Source of the DNA: Vicinamibacterales bacterium | Lineage (GTDB): Bacteria > Acidobacteriota > Vicinamibacteria > Vicinamibacterales > UBA2999 | DNA: 49,672 nucleotides | Assembly (NCBI GenBank): GCA_039934485.1 | Contig: JBDTMB010000001.1 | Location: 1 to 49,672, forward strand | Direction: 5' to 3' | In this document: one piece after another, positions 36,184 through 44,892 of the stretch | How the letters are laid out: each line of letters begins with the position of its first letter | How positions within the stretch are numbered: the first letter of the stretch is position 1 | The notes under the pieces: model-generated | The model's database searches: none | What the model was told of the DNA's origin: nothing | Seen by the model: the letters and a program-made list of their open reading frames with translations, nothing else | Position numbers and translations under genes: made by a program

Positions 36184-37281
36184 ATGAGACTCTCACCTAA
36201 ACCCCTGATCCAAATCGTCCTCGTCGGCGTCGCGGCTTCCGCCGCGTACTTCCGCATTCCTCCGTCGATCATCGAGCGCTATTACGCTGGCGGCGTCTAT
36301 CAGTCGCTCCAGGGATTGCTCACCGAGTTCTCCAATCGGGTCAGCGTGCCGCTCTTCGACATCCTCATCGTCCTGGTTGCGGTGGTCGCCGTCGGCGGCT
36401 GGATTCTGTGGATTCGCGCTGCGCGCAAGAAGCGATCGTTCTCGCCGATTCTTCGCGGCTTCGGGTGGACGCTGACCGGGGCGGCGGTGATCTACCTCTG
36501 GTTTCTCGGCACCTGGGGCTTCAACTATTCGCGGCCGCCGCTGGAAACGGTGATGGCCTTTGACGCCTCGCGCGTCACGCCGATTGCAGTCCGTGAGCTG
36601 GCCGAGCGCGCGGTCCGCGAGACCAACGCCGGCTACCGGGCGGCGCACGACGCGGGTTTCCCGGCCATCGCCGAGGTGCCGACGCCGCTCGTGGATGCGT
36701 TGCACGCGGTGGAGAGGCAACTGGGGCGTTCGCGCCCGACGCGGCCGGCGCATCCCAAGCACTCGATGTGGTCGCCGTTCTTCCGCGCCACCGGCGTGAG
36801 CGGGATGATCGATCCGTTCTTTCTCGAGACGTTGATCAATCCCGACCTGACCGGCCCGGAGCGGCCCGCGGTGCTCGCGCACGAGTGGGCGCACCTCTCG
36901 GGGTTCGCGCCGGAATCGGACGCGAGTTTTGTCGGCTACCTCGCGGCCCTTCGCGCCGATTCTGCGTCTCAGTACAGTGCCTGGCTCGCGCTGGTCTCGG
37001 AGGCGGCGTCGCAACTGCAGCCCGTCACGCGAGACCTCGTGTTGAAGGACCTGGATGCGGGACCGCGCGCCGATCAGCAAGCGATCAACAAGCGTCTTGA
37101 AGCGCTGATTCGGCCAGTGGAGCGCGCGGCATGGAAGACCTACGATCAAATGTTGAAATCACAGGGCGTGCCCGACGGCGTGCGAAGCTATAGCCGCGTG
37201 ATTCGGCTATTAATCGGGACGGGCGCTTTGGCGAAGGTCGAACCTAAAGGTTCGACCCCACCGGCCAGCCGGACGCCATGA
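36184..37281 (+). CDS. DUF3810-like membrane zinc-metallopeptidase-like protein
   Basis: N-terminal TM helices and an HEWAH zincin motif (AVLAHEWAHLSGF). The C-terminal residues VEPKGSTPP are encoded by the family-B palindrome. Confidence 0.65.
   Translation: MRLSPKPLIQIVLVGVAASAAYFRIPPSIIERYYAGGVYQSLQGLLTEFSNRVSVPLFDILIVLVAVVAVGGWILWIRAARKKRSFSPILRGFGWTLTGAAVIYLWFLGTWGFNYSRPPLETVMAFDASRVTPIAVRELAERAVRETNAGYRAAHDAGFPAIAEVPTPLVDALHAVERQLGRSRPTRPAHPKHSMWSPFFRATGVSGMIDPFFLETLINPDLTGPERPAVLAHEWAHLSGFAPESDASFVGYLAALRADSASQYSAWLALVSEAASQLQPVTRDLVLKDLDAGPRADQQAINKRLEALIRPVERAAWKTYDQMLKSQGVPDGVRSYSRVIRLLIGTGALAKVEPKGSTPPASRTP
37236..37262. repeat. Family-B palindromic element (GGTCGAACCT-AA-AGGTTCGACC + CCACC)
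   Basis: GGTCGAACCTAAAGGTTCGACCCCACC, inside the last 15 codons of the 36184..37281 gene. Confidence 0.8.
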
Positions 37282-38372
37282 GCCGCTCGACCCGGGTCAT
37301 TGTCGTCGATCGCGATCAGCCCGATCCTGTGGCGATCGAAGAAGCCGCTCGAGCGTTGCGCGACGGGAAGTTGGTGGCCTTCCCAACGGAAACCGTCTAC
37401 GGCCTGGGCGCCAATGCGCTGGATCCCGCCGCCGTCGCGCGGATCTTCGAAGCCAAGCAGCGTCCGGCCAACGACCCCTTGATCGTGCACCTCGCACACA
37501 TCGGCCAGCTCTCGCAGGTGGCTTCGCGCGTGCCGCCCGGCGCGCGGAAACTGGGCCTCGCATTCTGGGCGGGGCCGTTGACCCTCATCCTGCCGAAGCT
37601 GAACGCGGTCCCCGATATCGTGACGGCGGGCCTGCCTAACGTTGCCGTCCGGGTGCCGTCGCATCGCGTGGCGAGGGCGTTGATGGAGATGGCCGGTGTG
37701 CCGGTGGCCGCGCCGAGCGCCAACCTGTTTTCCCGGCCCAGTTCCACCACTGCGGCGCATGTCCTGGCCGACCTGGATGGCCGGGTGGACCTGGTCCTTG
37801 ATGGGGGGCCGACGGACATCGGCCTCGAATCGACCATTGTCGATTTCTCCCTCGACCCGCCCGTCTTGCGCCGGCCCGGCGGCCTCACCCTCGAACAAAT
37901 TCGAGAGGTTGTTCCCGAGGTAATTAGGGCACCGCTTTTAGGGGTGCCCGGGCATCGCGGCAGCGATGAACCCCAGGTAGCGCCAGGCCAAATGCTCAGG
38001 CATTACGCGCCGCGCTCGCCGCTGACCTTATATGAAGGGGAGCCGGCGGCCGTCGTGGCGCGGCTGGCCGCGGACGCCCGCACCGCCGTAGCGGCAGGAG
38101 AATATGTCGGGATTCTTGCGCCGGAGGAGGATTTGCTGGCCCTGGCGCCGATGGTTGCCCCCCAGGCAGGGGCCGGGCGGATTGAGACCCGGCCCTATGG
38201 TTCGAGGCGGGATCCGGCCCGGGCGGCGCATGAGCTGTTCGCCGCCCTCCGTTCGTTCGACGAGTCCAGGGTGTCGATGATTCTAGCCAGCGCCATCGGG
38301 ACCGAGGGCTTGGGTCTGGCCGTCCGCGACCGGCTGGCGCGGGCCGCCGAAGGCCGCTTACGCAAAGCGTAA
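37278..38372 (+). CDS. L-threonylcarbamoyladenylate synthase (Sua5/TsaC long form)
   Basis: YrdC domain (VAFPTETVYGLGANA, KQRPANDPLIVH, APSAN) plus a C-terminal Sua5 domain. ATGA overlap with the upstream gene. Confidence 0.88.
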   Translation: MSRSTRVIVVDRDQPDPVAIEEAARALRDGKLVAFPTETVYGLGANALDPAAVARIFEAKQRPANDPLIVHLAHIGQLSQVASRVPPGARKLGLAFWAGPLTLILPKLNAVPDIVTAGLPNVAVRVPSHRVARALMEMAGVPVAAPSANLFSRPSSTTAAHVLADLDGRVDLVLDGGPTDIGLESTIVDFSLDPPVLRRPGGLTLEQIREVVPEVIRAPLLGVPGHRGSDEPQVAPGQMLRHYAPRSPLTLYEGEPAAVVARLAADARTAVAAGEYVGILAPEEDLLALAPMVAPQAGAGRIETRPYGSRRDPARAAHELFAALRSFDESRVSMILASAIGTEGLGLAVRDRLARAAEGRLRKA

Positions 38373-38429
38373 AAATGAAGCAGGTTCGCGGTTGGTGTTA
38401 TGATGCGCGCTATTCGGGGGGAAGACTCT

Positions 38430-39068
38430 ATGAGTCAAGACGGCATGGCGGACGCTCCGGGCCTTCAGCCTGGGGTTTCACGACGGAATTTCATCAAGAG
38501 CGTGATCGCGGCAGGCGCCACGGTTGGGGCCTCTGCTTATCTTTTCCGCACGACCATCATGGGGCAGAACGATTCCAACCTGCCTGGATCGGTCGAGCGC
38601 CTCATCACACTCGACATTAACGGCCAGCAGCGCCGGGTCGACGTGCTGAAGAACGAGACGCTGGCATCGACGCTCCGCTACAAGCTCGGTCTCACCGGCA
38701 CGAAGATCGGTTGCGACCGCGCGGAGTGTGGCGCATGCACGGTGCTGGTGGACGATGTGCCGCACTATTCGTGCTCGGTGCTGACGCACACGGTGCGCGG
38801 CAAGAAGATCGTCAGCATCGAAGGCTTGGCCAAGCCGGATGGCACGCTGCACCCGGTGCAGCAGGCTGTGGTCGCGGGTCAGGGCTTCCAGTGCGCGTTC
38901 TGCATGCCCGGCTTCGTCATGGCGACGGCCGGTTTCCTCAAGACCAATCCCAACCCGTCGCGCGAACAGCTGGCCCATGGCATCTCGGGCAACCTGTGCC
39001 GCTGCGCCGACTACAACAAGATCCTCGACTGCATGATGCACGCAGCCGAACTGTCAAGGGGGGCGTAA
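38430..39068 (+). CDS. Molybdenum hydroxylase small subunit, [2Fe-2S]-binding, with a Tat signal
   Basis: Twin-arginine motif SRRNFIKSVIAAGATVGASAY. GCDRAECGACTV and CAFCMPG...CRCADY cluster motifs. Start uncertain (ATG 38400, 38403 or 38430). Confidence 0.85.
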   Translation: MSQDGMADAPGLQPGVSRRNFIKSVIAAGATVGASAYLFRTTIMGQNDSNLPGSVERLITLDINGQQRRVDVLKNETLASTLRYKLGLTGTKIGCDRAECGACTVLVDDVPHYSCSVLTHTVRGKKIVSIEGLAKPDGTLHPVQQAVVAGQGFQCAFCMPGFVMATAGFLKTNPNPSREQLAHGISGNLCRCADYNKILDCMMHAAELSRGA

Positions 39069-39069
39069 G

Positions 39070-41742
39070 ATGGCCGACTCCAAACCTCCCTACAAGTTAA
39101 TCGGGCAGAACTACACGACGCCCGACCTGGTGGCCAAGGTCACCGGCAAGGCCCGTTACGCGGAAGACTTCCGCGCCGACGGCATGGTGTTCGTCAAGTT
39201 GTTGCTCAGCCCGCGTCCGCACGCGCGCGTGGTCAGTGTCGACGCCAGCGCCGCGCTGGCGATGCCGGGCGTCCATGGCATCCTTCGCGCCTCGGATTTC
39301 CCGGCGCCGCCGCCGCCTCCGGGCGCTCCGCCTCGACCGGCCGGCGCACCCGGTGCGCCCGCGCCTCCCGCGGGGGCGGCTCCGGCTGGCGCGCCGCCGG
39401 CTGGCGGTGTCGCGGCTCCCGTGGCCGGTGCCCCGGTGGCCGCGCAGTCTGGCGCCCAGCGTGCGACGCCTGCCACGGCCGCAGCCAATACCACTGCCGC
39501 GCCTCCCGCCGGTCCGCCGCTCGCCGCGGAAATCGCGTTGACGGATGAGCCCCTCTACGAAGGCGAACCGATTCTCGCGGTCTGCGCGGACAGCGAAGAG
39601 CTGGCGGCGGATGCGATCGAAAAGATCCACATCGAATTTGAGCCGCTGCCGTTTGTGATCGATCCCCTCGAGTCCCTGCGACCCGGCGGGCCTAACGGGC
39701 GAACCGAGGGCAACGTCTTCGCCGCGCCGAACATGAAGACGCTCAAGTGGACCGCCGCCGACATGGCGATGATCGACCAGGGCAAGTTCCCGAGCGGCGC
39801 CGAAGCGATCGACAACCTGTCGATCGGTGACATCGAGAAAGGCTTCAAGGAAGCCGACCTCATCATCGAGCGCGATCACCAGCAGCAGACCACGCCGCAC
39901 ATGCCGCTCGAAAGCCGCACGGCGATGGCCTTCTGGAAGAACGGCAAGCTGTACCTGCATGGCTCGACGCAGAGCGTCGCCCGTACCGTGGCGGCGCTCG
40001 CCGGCTGGGTGGGCATCAAGCAGGACGAGCTCGTGCTCATCAGCGAGTACACCGGCGGCGGCTTCGGCAGCAAGATTCCCGGCGCGCAGACCATGGCGAT
40101 TCCGGCGCTGATGTCCAAGAAGCTGCAGGGCCGTCCGGTGATGATGCGCATCTCGCGCGAGGAAGAAACCTACATCGGCCGCACGCGTCCGGGTTATACC
40201 GGCTGGGTCAAGATGGGGTTCAAGAAGGATGGCCGCGTCACCGCGATCGACGCCTTCCTCATCGAGCAGAGCGGTCCCTATCGCCGCCAGGGTGACAACG
40301 CGACGACCGCCAACCTCGCGTCGCTGTGCTACCAGGTGCCGAACATGCGGTTCCGCGGCATCTCGGTGGCCACCAACACGCCGCCGCCGACCTCGCAGCG
40401 CGCGCCGGGCGGGTTGCAGGCCGGCGTGCTCTTCGAGCCGATGATCTCAGAAGCGGCGCGCAAGCTCGGCGTCGATGAGGTCGCGATTCGCAAGTTGAAT
40501 GGCCCCTCGGGCCAGGCCGTGTTCGGCCTGCTGCCGCCACTGCCGCCGGGCGCCCCGGTGCCGGCCAACCGGCCGCGCCAGAAGGTCACCAGCGCCTTCA
40601 TCAACGAGGCGCTCGACAAGGGCGCCGCGATGTTCAACTGGGAAGAACGCAAGAAGCGCAGCGGGCAGCGCGTGGGCAGCAAGATCACCGGCGTGGCCGT
40701 TGCCACCGGCGCCTACACTGCCGGCTCCATCGGCGTCGACGGGCTCTGCATCGTGCAGCCCGACGGCAAGCTGATCATTCACCAGGGCATCGGCAATCTC
40801 GGCACGCACTCGCTGAGCGACACCGCGCGCGTGATCGCCGAGATGGTCAACATGCCGTGGGAGCAGTGCGAAGTGGTGTGGGGCGATACCTCGAAGGGCT
40901 TGCCGTGGAGTTCCATCCAGGCGGGCAGCCAGACCACCTACGCGCACACCCGCGCCAACTACGCGACGGGCATGGACCTGCGCAAGAAAATCCAGGAGAT
41001 TGCCGCGAAGGACATGGGCGGCAAGCCTGAAGACTACGACATGGCCAATGCCAAGGTGTTCCGCAAGGGCGCTCCGGGCGGGCGCTCGATGACGTTTGGC
41101 AAGGTCGCCGAGCGGGCGATTCAGCTGGGCGGCGTCTACGACGGCCACGAAGTGCCGAAGGAACTCAACGCCATGACCAAGGGCGCCGCGGCGTCGCTGG
41201 TCGGGATGGGCCTGATGGGCGTGGCGCGCGACAACCTGCCGCGCGACGGCCAGACCTACTCGTTCCTCGCGGCGTTTGCCGAAGTGGAAGTGGATGTCGA
41301 GACCGGCGTCTACACCATCGTCGATTATCTCGGCGTGGCCGATGTCGGCACCGTCATGCATCCGCACAGCCTGGGCGGCCAGATTCACGGTGGCGGCATC
41401 CAGGGCATCGGTCACGTCCGCAGCCAGAAGCTGGTCTACGACCCGCACTACGGTGCGGCGCTGGCCAAGCGCCTCCATCACAACAAGCCCCCGACCATGC
41501 TCGACATCCCGTTGAAGATGGAGTGGGCGGCGGTTGAACTGCCGGATCCGTCGAATCCGATTGGCGCCAAGGGCATCGGCGAACCATCGATCGGCGGAGG
41601 CGGCGCGGTGATCATGTGCGCGCTCGCCGCTGCAGTGGGCGACGGCGTGCTGCGCCGCACCCCGGTGCATCCGGAAATGATTGCGACGGCTCTGGCCAAT
41701 GGCGGCAAGCCGACCTATGAGCCGTTGACGTCGTTCATCTAA
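39070..41742 (+). CDS. Xanthine dehydrogenase-family molybdopterin-binding large subunit, with a Pro/Ala-rich insertion
   Basis: 890 aa with a/b-hammerhead and Moco-binding domain signatures (GGGFGSK, QRAPG, GIGEPS). A ~75-aa P/A/G low-complexity insert is encoded at 39301-39528. Confidence 0.88.
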   Translation: MADSKPPYKLIGQNYTTPDLVAKVTGKARYAEDFRADGMVFVKLLLSPRPHARVVSVDASAALAMPGVHGILRASDFPAPPPPPGAPPRPAGAPGAPAPPAGAAPAGAPPAGGVAAPVAGAPVAAQSGAQRATPATAAANTTAAPPAGPPLAAEIALTDEPLYEGEPILAVCADSEELAADAIEKIHIEFEPLPFVIDPLESLRPGGPNGRTEGNVFAAPNMKTLKWTAADMAMIDQGKFPSGAEAIDNLSIGDIEKGFKEADLIIERDHQQQTTPHMPLESRTAMAFWKNGKLYLHGSTQSVARTVAALAGWVGIKQDELVLISEYTGGGFGSKIPGAQTMAIPALMSKKLQGRPVMMRISREEETYIGRTRPGYTGWVKMGFKKDGRVTAIDAFLIEQSGPYRRQGDNATTANLASLCYQVPNMRFRGISVATNTPPPTSQRAPGGLQAGVLFEPMISEAARKLGVDEVAIRKLNGPSGQAVFGLLPPLPPGAPVPANRPRQKVTSAFINEALDKGAAMFNWEERKKRSGQRVGSKITGVAVATGAYTAGSIGVDGLCIVQPDGKLIIHQGIGNLGTHSLSDTARVIAEMVNMPWEQCEVVWGDTSKGLPWSSIQAGSQTTYAHTRANYATGMDLRKKIQEIAAKDMGGKPEDYDMANAKVFRKGAPGGRSMTFGKVAERAIQLGGVYDGHEVPKELNAMTKGAAASLVGMGLMGVARDNLPRDGQTYSFLAAFAEVEVDVETGVYTIVDYLGVADVGTVMHPHSLGGQIHGGGIQGIGHVRSQKLVYDPHYGAALAKRLHHNKPPTMLDIPLKMEWAAVELPDPSNPIGAKGIGEPSIGGGGAVIMCALAAAVGDGVLRRTPVHPEMIATALANGGKPTYEPLTSFI

Positions 41743-41754
41743 GGGGAATAGACA

Positions 41755-42765
41755 ATGCCACCGATTCGCGACGTAATGCCGGCATTTGAACTCTTCCAGC
41801 CCGCCACCGTGGCCGACACGCTGGGGATCCTGGATCGCCACGGCGCCGATGCCTGGATCATGGCCGGCGGCATGGACACCTTCGACTGGTTGAAGGATCG
41901 CATTGCCAGGCCGAAGGTAGTGGTCGACCTGAGCGCCGTCACCGAGCTGCGCGGCATCAAGGATGCCGGCGGCGGCATCGAGATCGGCGCGATGACGACC
42001 CTCACCGAGGTCGCCAACAACGGGCTCGTCCAGGAGCGCTTCCCGCTGCTCGCGCAGGCGGCGCTGCTGGTCGCCTCGCCGCAGATTCGCAACCAGGGCA
42101 CCGCCGGCGGCAACGTGTCGCAGGACGCGCGCTGCTGGTACTACCGGGCCGGCTGGCCGTGCTATCGCGCCGGCGGCAACATCTGCTACGCCGACACGCC
42201 GACGTCGGTCAATCGCGAACACGCGATCTTCGACGCCGACCGCTGCGTGGCGGTCAATCCGTCCGACACCGCGCCCGCGCTCATCGCCCTCGACGCCTCG
42301 ATGGTGGTGAAGACCGGCGGCCAGGACCGCGTGATCCCGGCCGAGGAGTTCTTCGTCGGCCCCGGCGTCGACATCACGCGCCTGACGATGCTGATGCCGG
42401 GCGACTTGCTCACCGCGATTCGCATCCCGGCCACGTGGGCGGGGAAGGCGCACTACTTCGAGAAGGTGCGCGACCGCCAGGTGTGGGACTTCCCGCTGGT
42501 CAACATCGCCTCGGCCATGAACGTGTCGGGCTCGACCATCGCCGACTCGCGCATGGTGGTCAACGGTGTGGCGGCGCGGCCCTATCGCCTCACCGCGGTC
42601 GAAGCCGCGATCAAGGGCAAGGCGCGTGACAAGGCCACGGCCGACATGGCGGCGGAGATCGCCGTCCGCGGCGCGGCGCCGCTGCGTCACAACGCCTACA
42701 AGATTCCGCTGGTCAAGGCGCTCGTGAAGCGTGCGATTCGAGGAGACGCTGAATGGACTTCCTAA
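41755..42765 (+). CDS. Molybdenum hydroxylase FAD-binding (medium) subunit
   Basis: FAD_binding_5-type N-terminus (IMAGGMDTFDWLK, IRNQGTAGGNVSQ) and a CO-dehydrogenase-flavoprotein-like C-terminal domain. Confidence 0.85.
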   Translation: MPPIRDVMPAFELFQPATVADTLGILDRHGADAWIMAGGMDTFDWLKDRIARPKVVVDLSAVTELRGIKDAGGGIEIGAMTTLTEVANNGLVQERFPLLAQAALLVASPQIRNQGTAGGNVSQDARCWYYRAGWPCYRAGGNICYADTPTSVNREHAIFDADRCVAVNPSDTAPALIALDASMVVKTGGQDRVIPAEEFFVGPGVDITRLTMLMPGDLLTAIRIPATWAGKAHYFEKVRDRQVWDFPLVNIASAMNVSGSTIADSRMVVNGVAARPYRLTAVEAAIKGKARDKATADMAAEIAVRGAAPLRHNAYKIPLVKALVKRAIRGDAEWTS

Positions 42766-43595
42766 CGTGGGCACGTAGCCCATGGGGTGACACGATTGCC
42801 ACCCACATCTCGTGGAGCCTGTTCTGGGCGGCACTCGTCGGCGGACTGTTGTTCCTGCTGGGCCACGGCGGCTACATGTTGTTCTCGCAGCATCGCCGCC
42901 GCGATCCGGCGGAAGTCGATCGCATGGAGGCCGAGCACAAGGGCCTGCCGGCCAAGATCGAGCGGCATGGCATCGTCGCCCGCATGTTCCACTGGATCAT
43001 GGCGGCGTCGATGCTGACCTTGCTCTTGACCGCCTTCCTGCCGATCGTCGGCATCCAGTTCGCCTGGGTGCAATGGCACTGGATCGCGGGCATGCTGCTG
43101 ACCGTCTCGATCCTGTTCCACATCGTGCATGCGACGTTCTTCATGGATTTCTGGTCCATCTGGGTGGGCCCGAAGGACATCCCGGAGATGAAGATCGAGA
43201 TGATGCGCGAAATGGGGCGCGAGGATCTGGCCGGCCCGAGACCCGGCAAGTATCCGCTGGGCAACCGGCTCTATCATCTGGCGGTCGTCGTGGCCGGCTT
43301 GGTGGTGATTGCGAGCGGCGTGCTGATGATGTGGCGCATCCGCAACAGCATCACCGTCCGCAACCCGTACATCATGAGCGACCTGGCGTGGAGCTTCACC
43401 TACGTGGCGCACGGGTTGATGGGCGTCGGCTTCGTCGGCCTGGTGATCGCGCACATCTACTTCGCGCTTCGGCCCGAGAAGCTGTGGATCACCAAGGCGA
43501 TGGTCTTCGGCTTCATCACGCGCCGCGAGTACCTTGAATTCCACGACCCCGAACGCTGGGCGCAGGAAAACAAGCCGGGTCCGAAAGTTGCCTGA
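42753..43595 (+). CDS. Cytochrome b-type membrane subunit (Ni/Fe-hydrogenase / formate dehydrogenase gamma-like)
   Basis: Several TM helices with conserved His residues (RMFHWIMAASM, WHWIAG, FHIVHATFF, YVAHGLMGV...IAHIYFA). 13-nt overlap with the FAD subunit gene. Confidence 0.7.
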   Translation: MDFLTWARSPWGDTIATHISWSLFWAALVGGLLFLLGHGGYMLFSQHRRRDPAEVDRMEAEHKGLPAKIERHGIVARMFHWIMAASMLTLLLTAFLPIVGIQFAWVQWHWIAGMLLTVSILFHIVHATFFMDFWSIWVGPKDIPEMKIEMMREMGREDLAGPRPGKYPLGNRLYHLAVVVAGLVVIASGVLMMWRIRNSITVRNPYIMSDLAWSFTYVAHGLMGVGFVGLVIAHIYFALRPEKLWITKAMVFGFITRREYLEFHDPERWAQENKPGPKVA

Positions 43596-43992
43596 GGCCT
43601 CGCGCGAGGAGATCGCCAAGCGCGTCGACGCGATCGAAGGCGGCTACGAAATGATGCTCGCGTACGCGGCGCAGGGTCTGCCCACAGACCAGGGCGCCGC
43701 GAACAGCGGGCAGCTGCGGGAATACCTCAAGCGCTTCGACGAAGCGCTCACCGGCCTGGCCGATCAATTCAAAGCGGTGGTGACGGCCGAAGGCCGCGAG
43801 CCTCGTGCGGCCCTGGATGCGTTCTTCGACGTGCTGGCGCGCGACGCGCAGGCCTCGCAGGCGTGCCTCCGCGTGGTCCTCGGACAAAAGGGCATCAGTT
43901 CGCAACTGATCGACAACCTCAACGCCTCGATCCACGTCCGCGCGCTGCTGACCGATCTCTTCCTGATTGACGAACTCCTCAAAGGCAATTGA
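43588..43992 (+). CDS. Hypothetical helical protein
   Basis: ORF 43534..43992 overlaps the cytochrome b gene by 62 nt. A TTG at 43588 that just overlaps its stop is a more economical start. No recognisable motif. Confidence 0.4.
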   Translation: MPEASREEIAKRVDAIEGGYEMMLAYAAQGLPTDQGAANSGQLREYLKRFDEALTGLADQFKAVVTAEGREPRAALDAFFDVLARDAQASQACLRVVLGQKGISSQLIDNLNASIHVRALLTDLFLIDELLKGN

Positions 43993-43994
43993 CG

Positions 43995-44133
43995 GGACTT
44001 CCGGGAGGCAACGAGATGCCTGCCGGGAGGAAATTCTTGTCGGGAAGGTGATTCTTGTCGGGCGATCTCGATCCCGACAAGCCACACCTCCCGACGAGCG
44101 ACACCTCCCGAACCCCAACATCTCCCGACAAGC
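43995..44133. repeat. Nested inverted-repeat element (family C) between convergent genes
   Basis: Forward copies: CCGGGAGG twice (44001, 44023) and TTCTTGTCGGG twice (44034, 44052). Inverted copies: CCCGACAAG twice (44073, 44123) and CACCTCCCG twice (44085, 44102). Confidence 0.7.
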
Positions 44134-44892
44134 TCACTCCCTATCCTCATACCAGTACTGCTTGACGAAGGCGGCGAGCCGGTCGCGTCGGATCAGGGTC
44201 TGGATCATCGCGATCGGCATCCGCGTGACGTAGTGCCAGTCGCCATAACGGTCGAATTTTCTGGTGGAGGCGATGGCCTTGAGGGACCGAAGCCGGGTCA
44301 GCCGCTGGCCCCGCGACCAGCCCAGGCGCTTGAGTTTCCACAGGAAGTCGACGTCCTCGGCGAAGGACAGCCGCTGGTCATAACCGCGAATCGCCACGAA
44401 GTCAGCTCGCCTCAGGAACACCACGCCAGTGTCCATGTTGGTGAGCCAGACCAGCGGGATCAGCATTGCGTACGCGGACGCGATGCCTGCCGACATCCGT
44501 TCCAAATGCACGCCGGTCGCGCCGCCGATATTCGCCGGGTCGGCCATGGCGCGCTCGATGCCGTTGAAGGTGTCCGGATGGATCTGCATGTCCGCGTCGA
44601 CGAAGCAGAGAATCTCTCCGCTGGCGAGCGCCGCGCCACCGTTGCGCGAGGCCGCAATCACCCGCTGAACGACCGGGGCCACGACACACCCGCGCGCGGC
44701 GGCGATCGCCGCCGTGCCATCGGTCGAGCCGTTGTCGGCCACGATCACTTCGACGGTTTCAGTGCCGAACGAGTACCGGGCCCGCGCGGCGTCGACCGTG
44801 TCGAGCAGCCGAGGCAGCAGTGCCTCCTCGTTGTAAGCCGGAATCACCAGGGACAGGCGGATCACAGCGGTAGCGTGAGTGTCGCGCGACAC
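44134..44892 (-). CDS. Glycosyltransferase family 2
   Basis: LSLVIPAYNEE, VIVADNGSTDGT and FVDADM (DxD) motifs. Its 5' end overlaps the histidine kinase 3' end by 31 nt. Confidence 0.8.
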   Translation of the reverse strand: MSRDTHATAVIRLSLVIPAYNEEALLPRLLDTVDAARARYSFGTETVEVIVADNGSTDGTAAIAAARGCVVAPVVQRVIAASRNGGAALASGEILCFVDADMQIHPDTFNGIERAMADPANIGGATGVHLERMSAGIASAYAMLIPLVWLTNMDTGVVFLRRADFVAIRGYDQRLSFAEDVDFLWKLKRLGWSRGQRLTRLRSLKAIASTRKFDRYGDWHYVTRMPIAMIQTLIRRDRLAAFVKQYWYEDRE

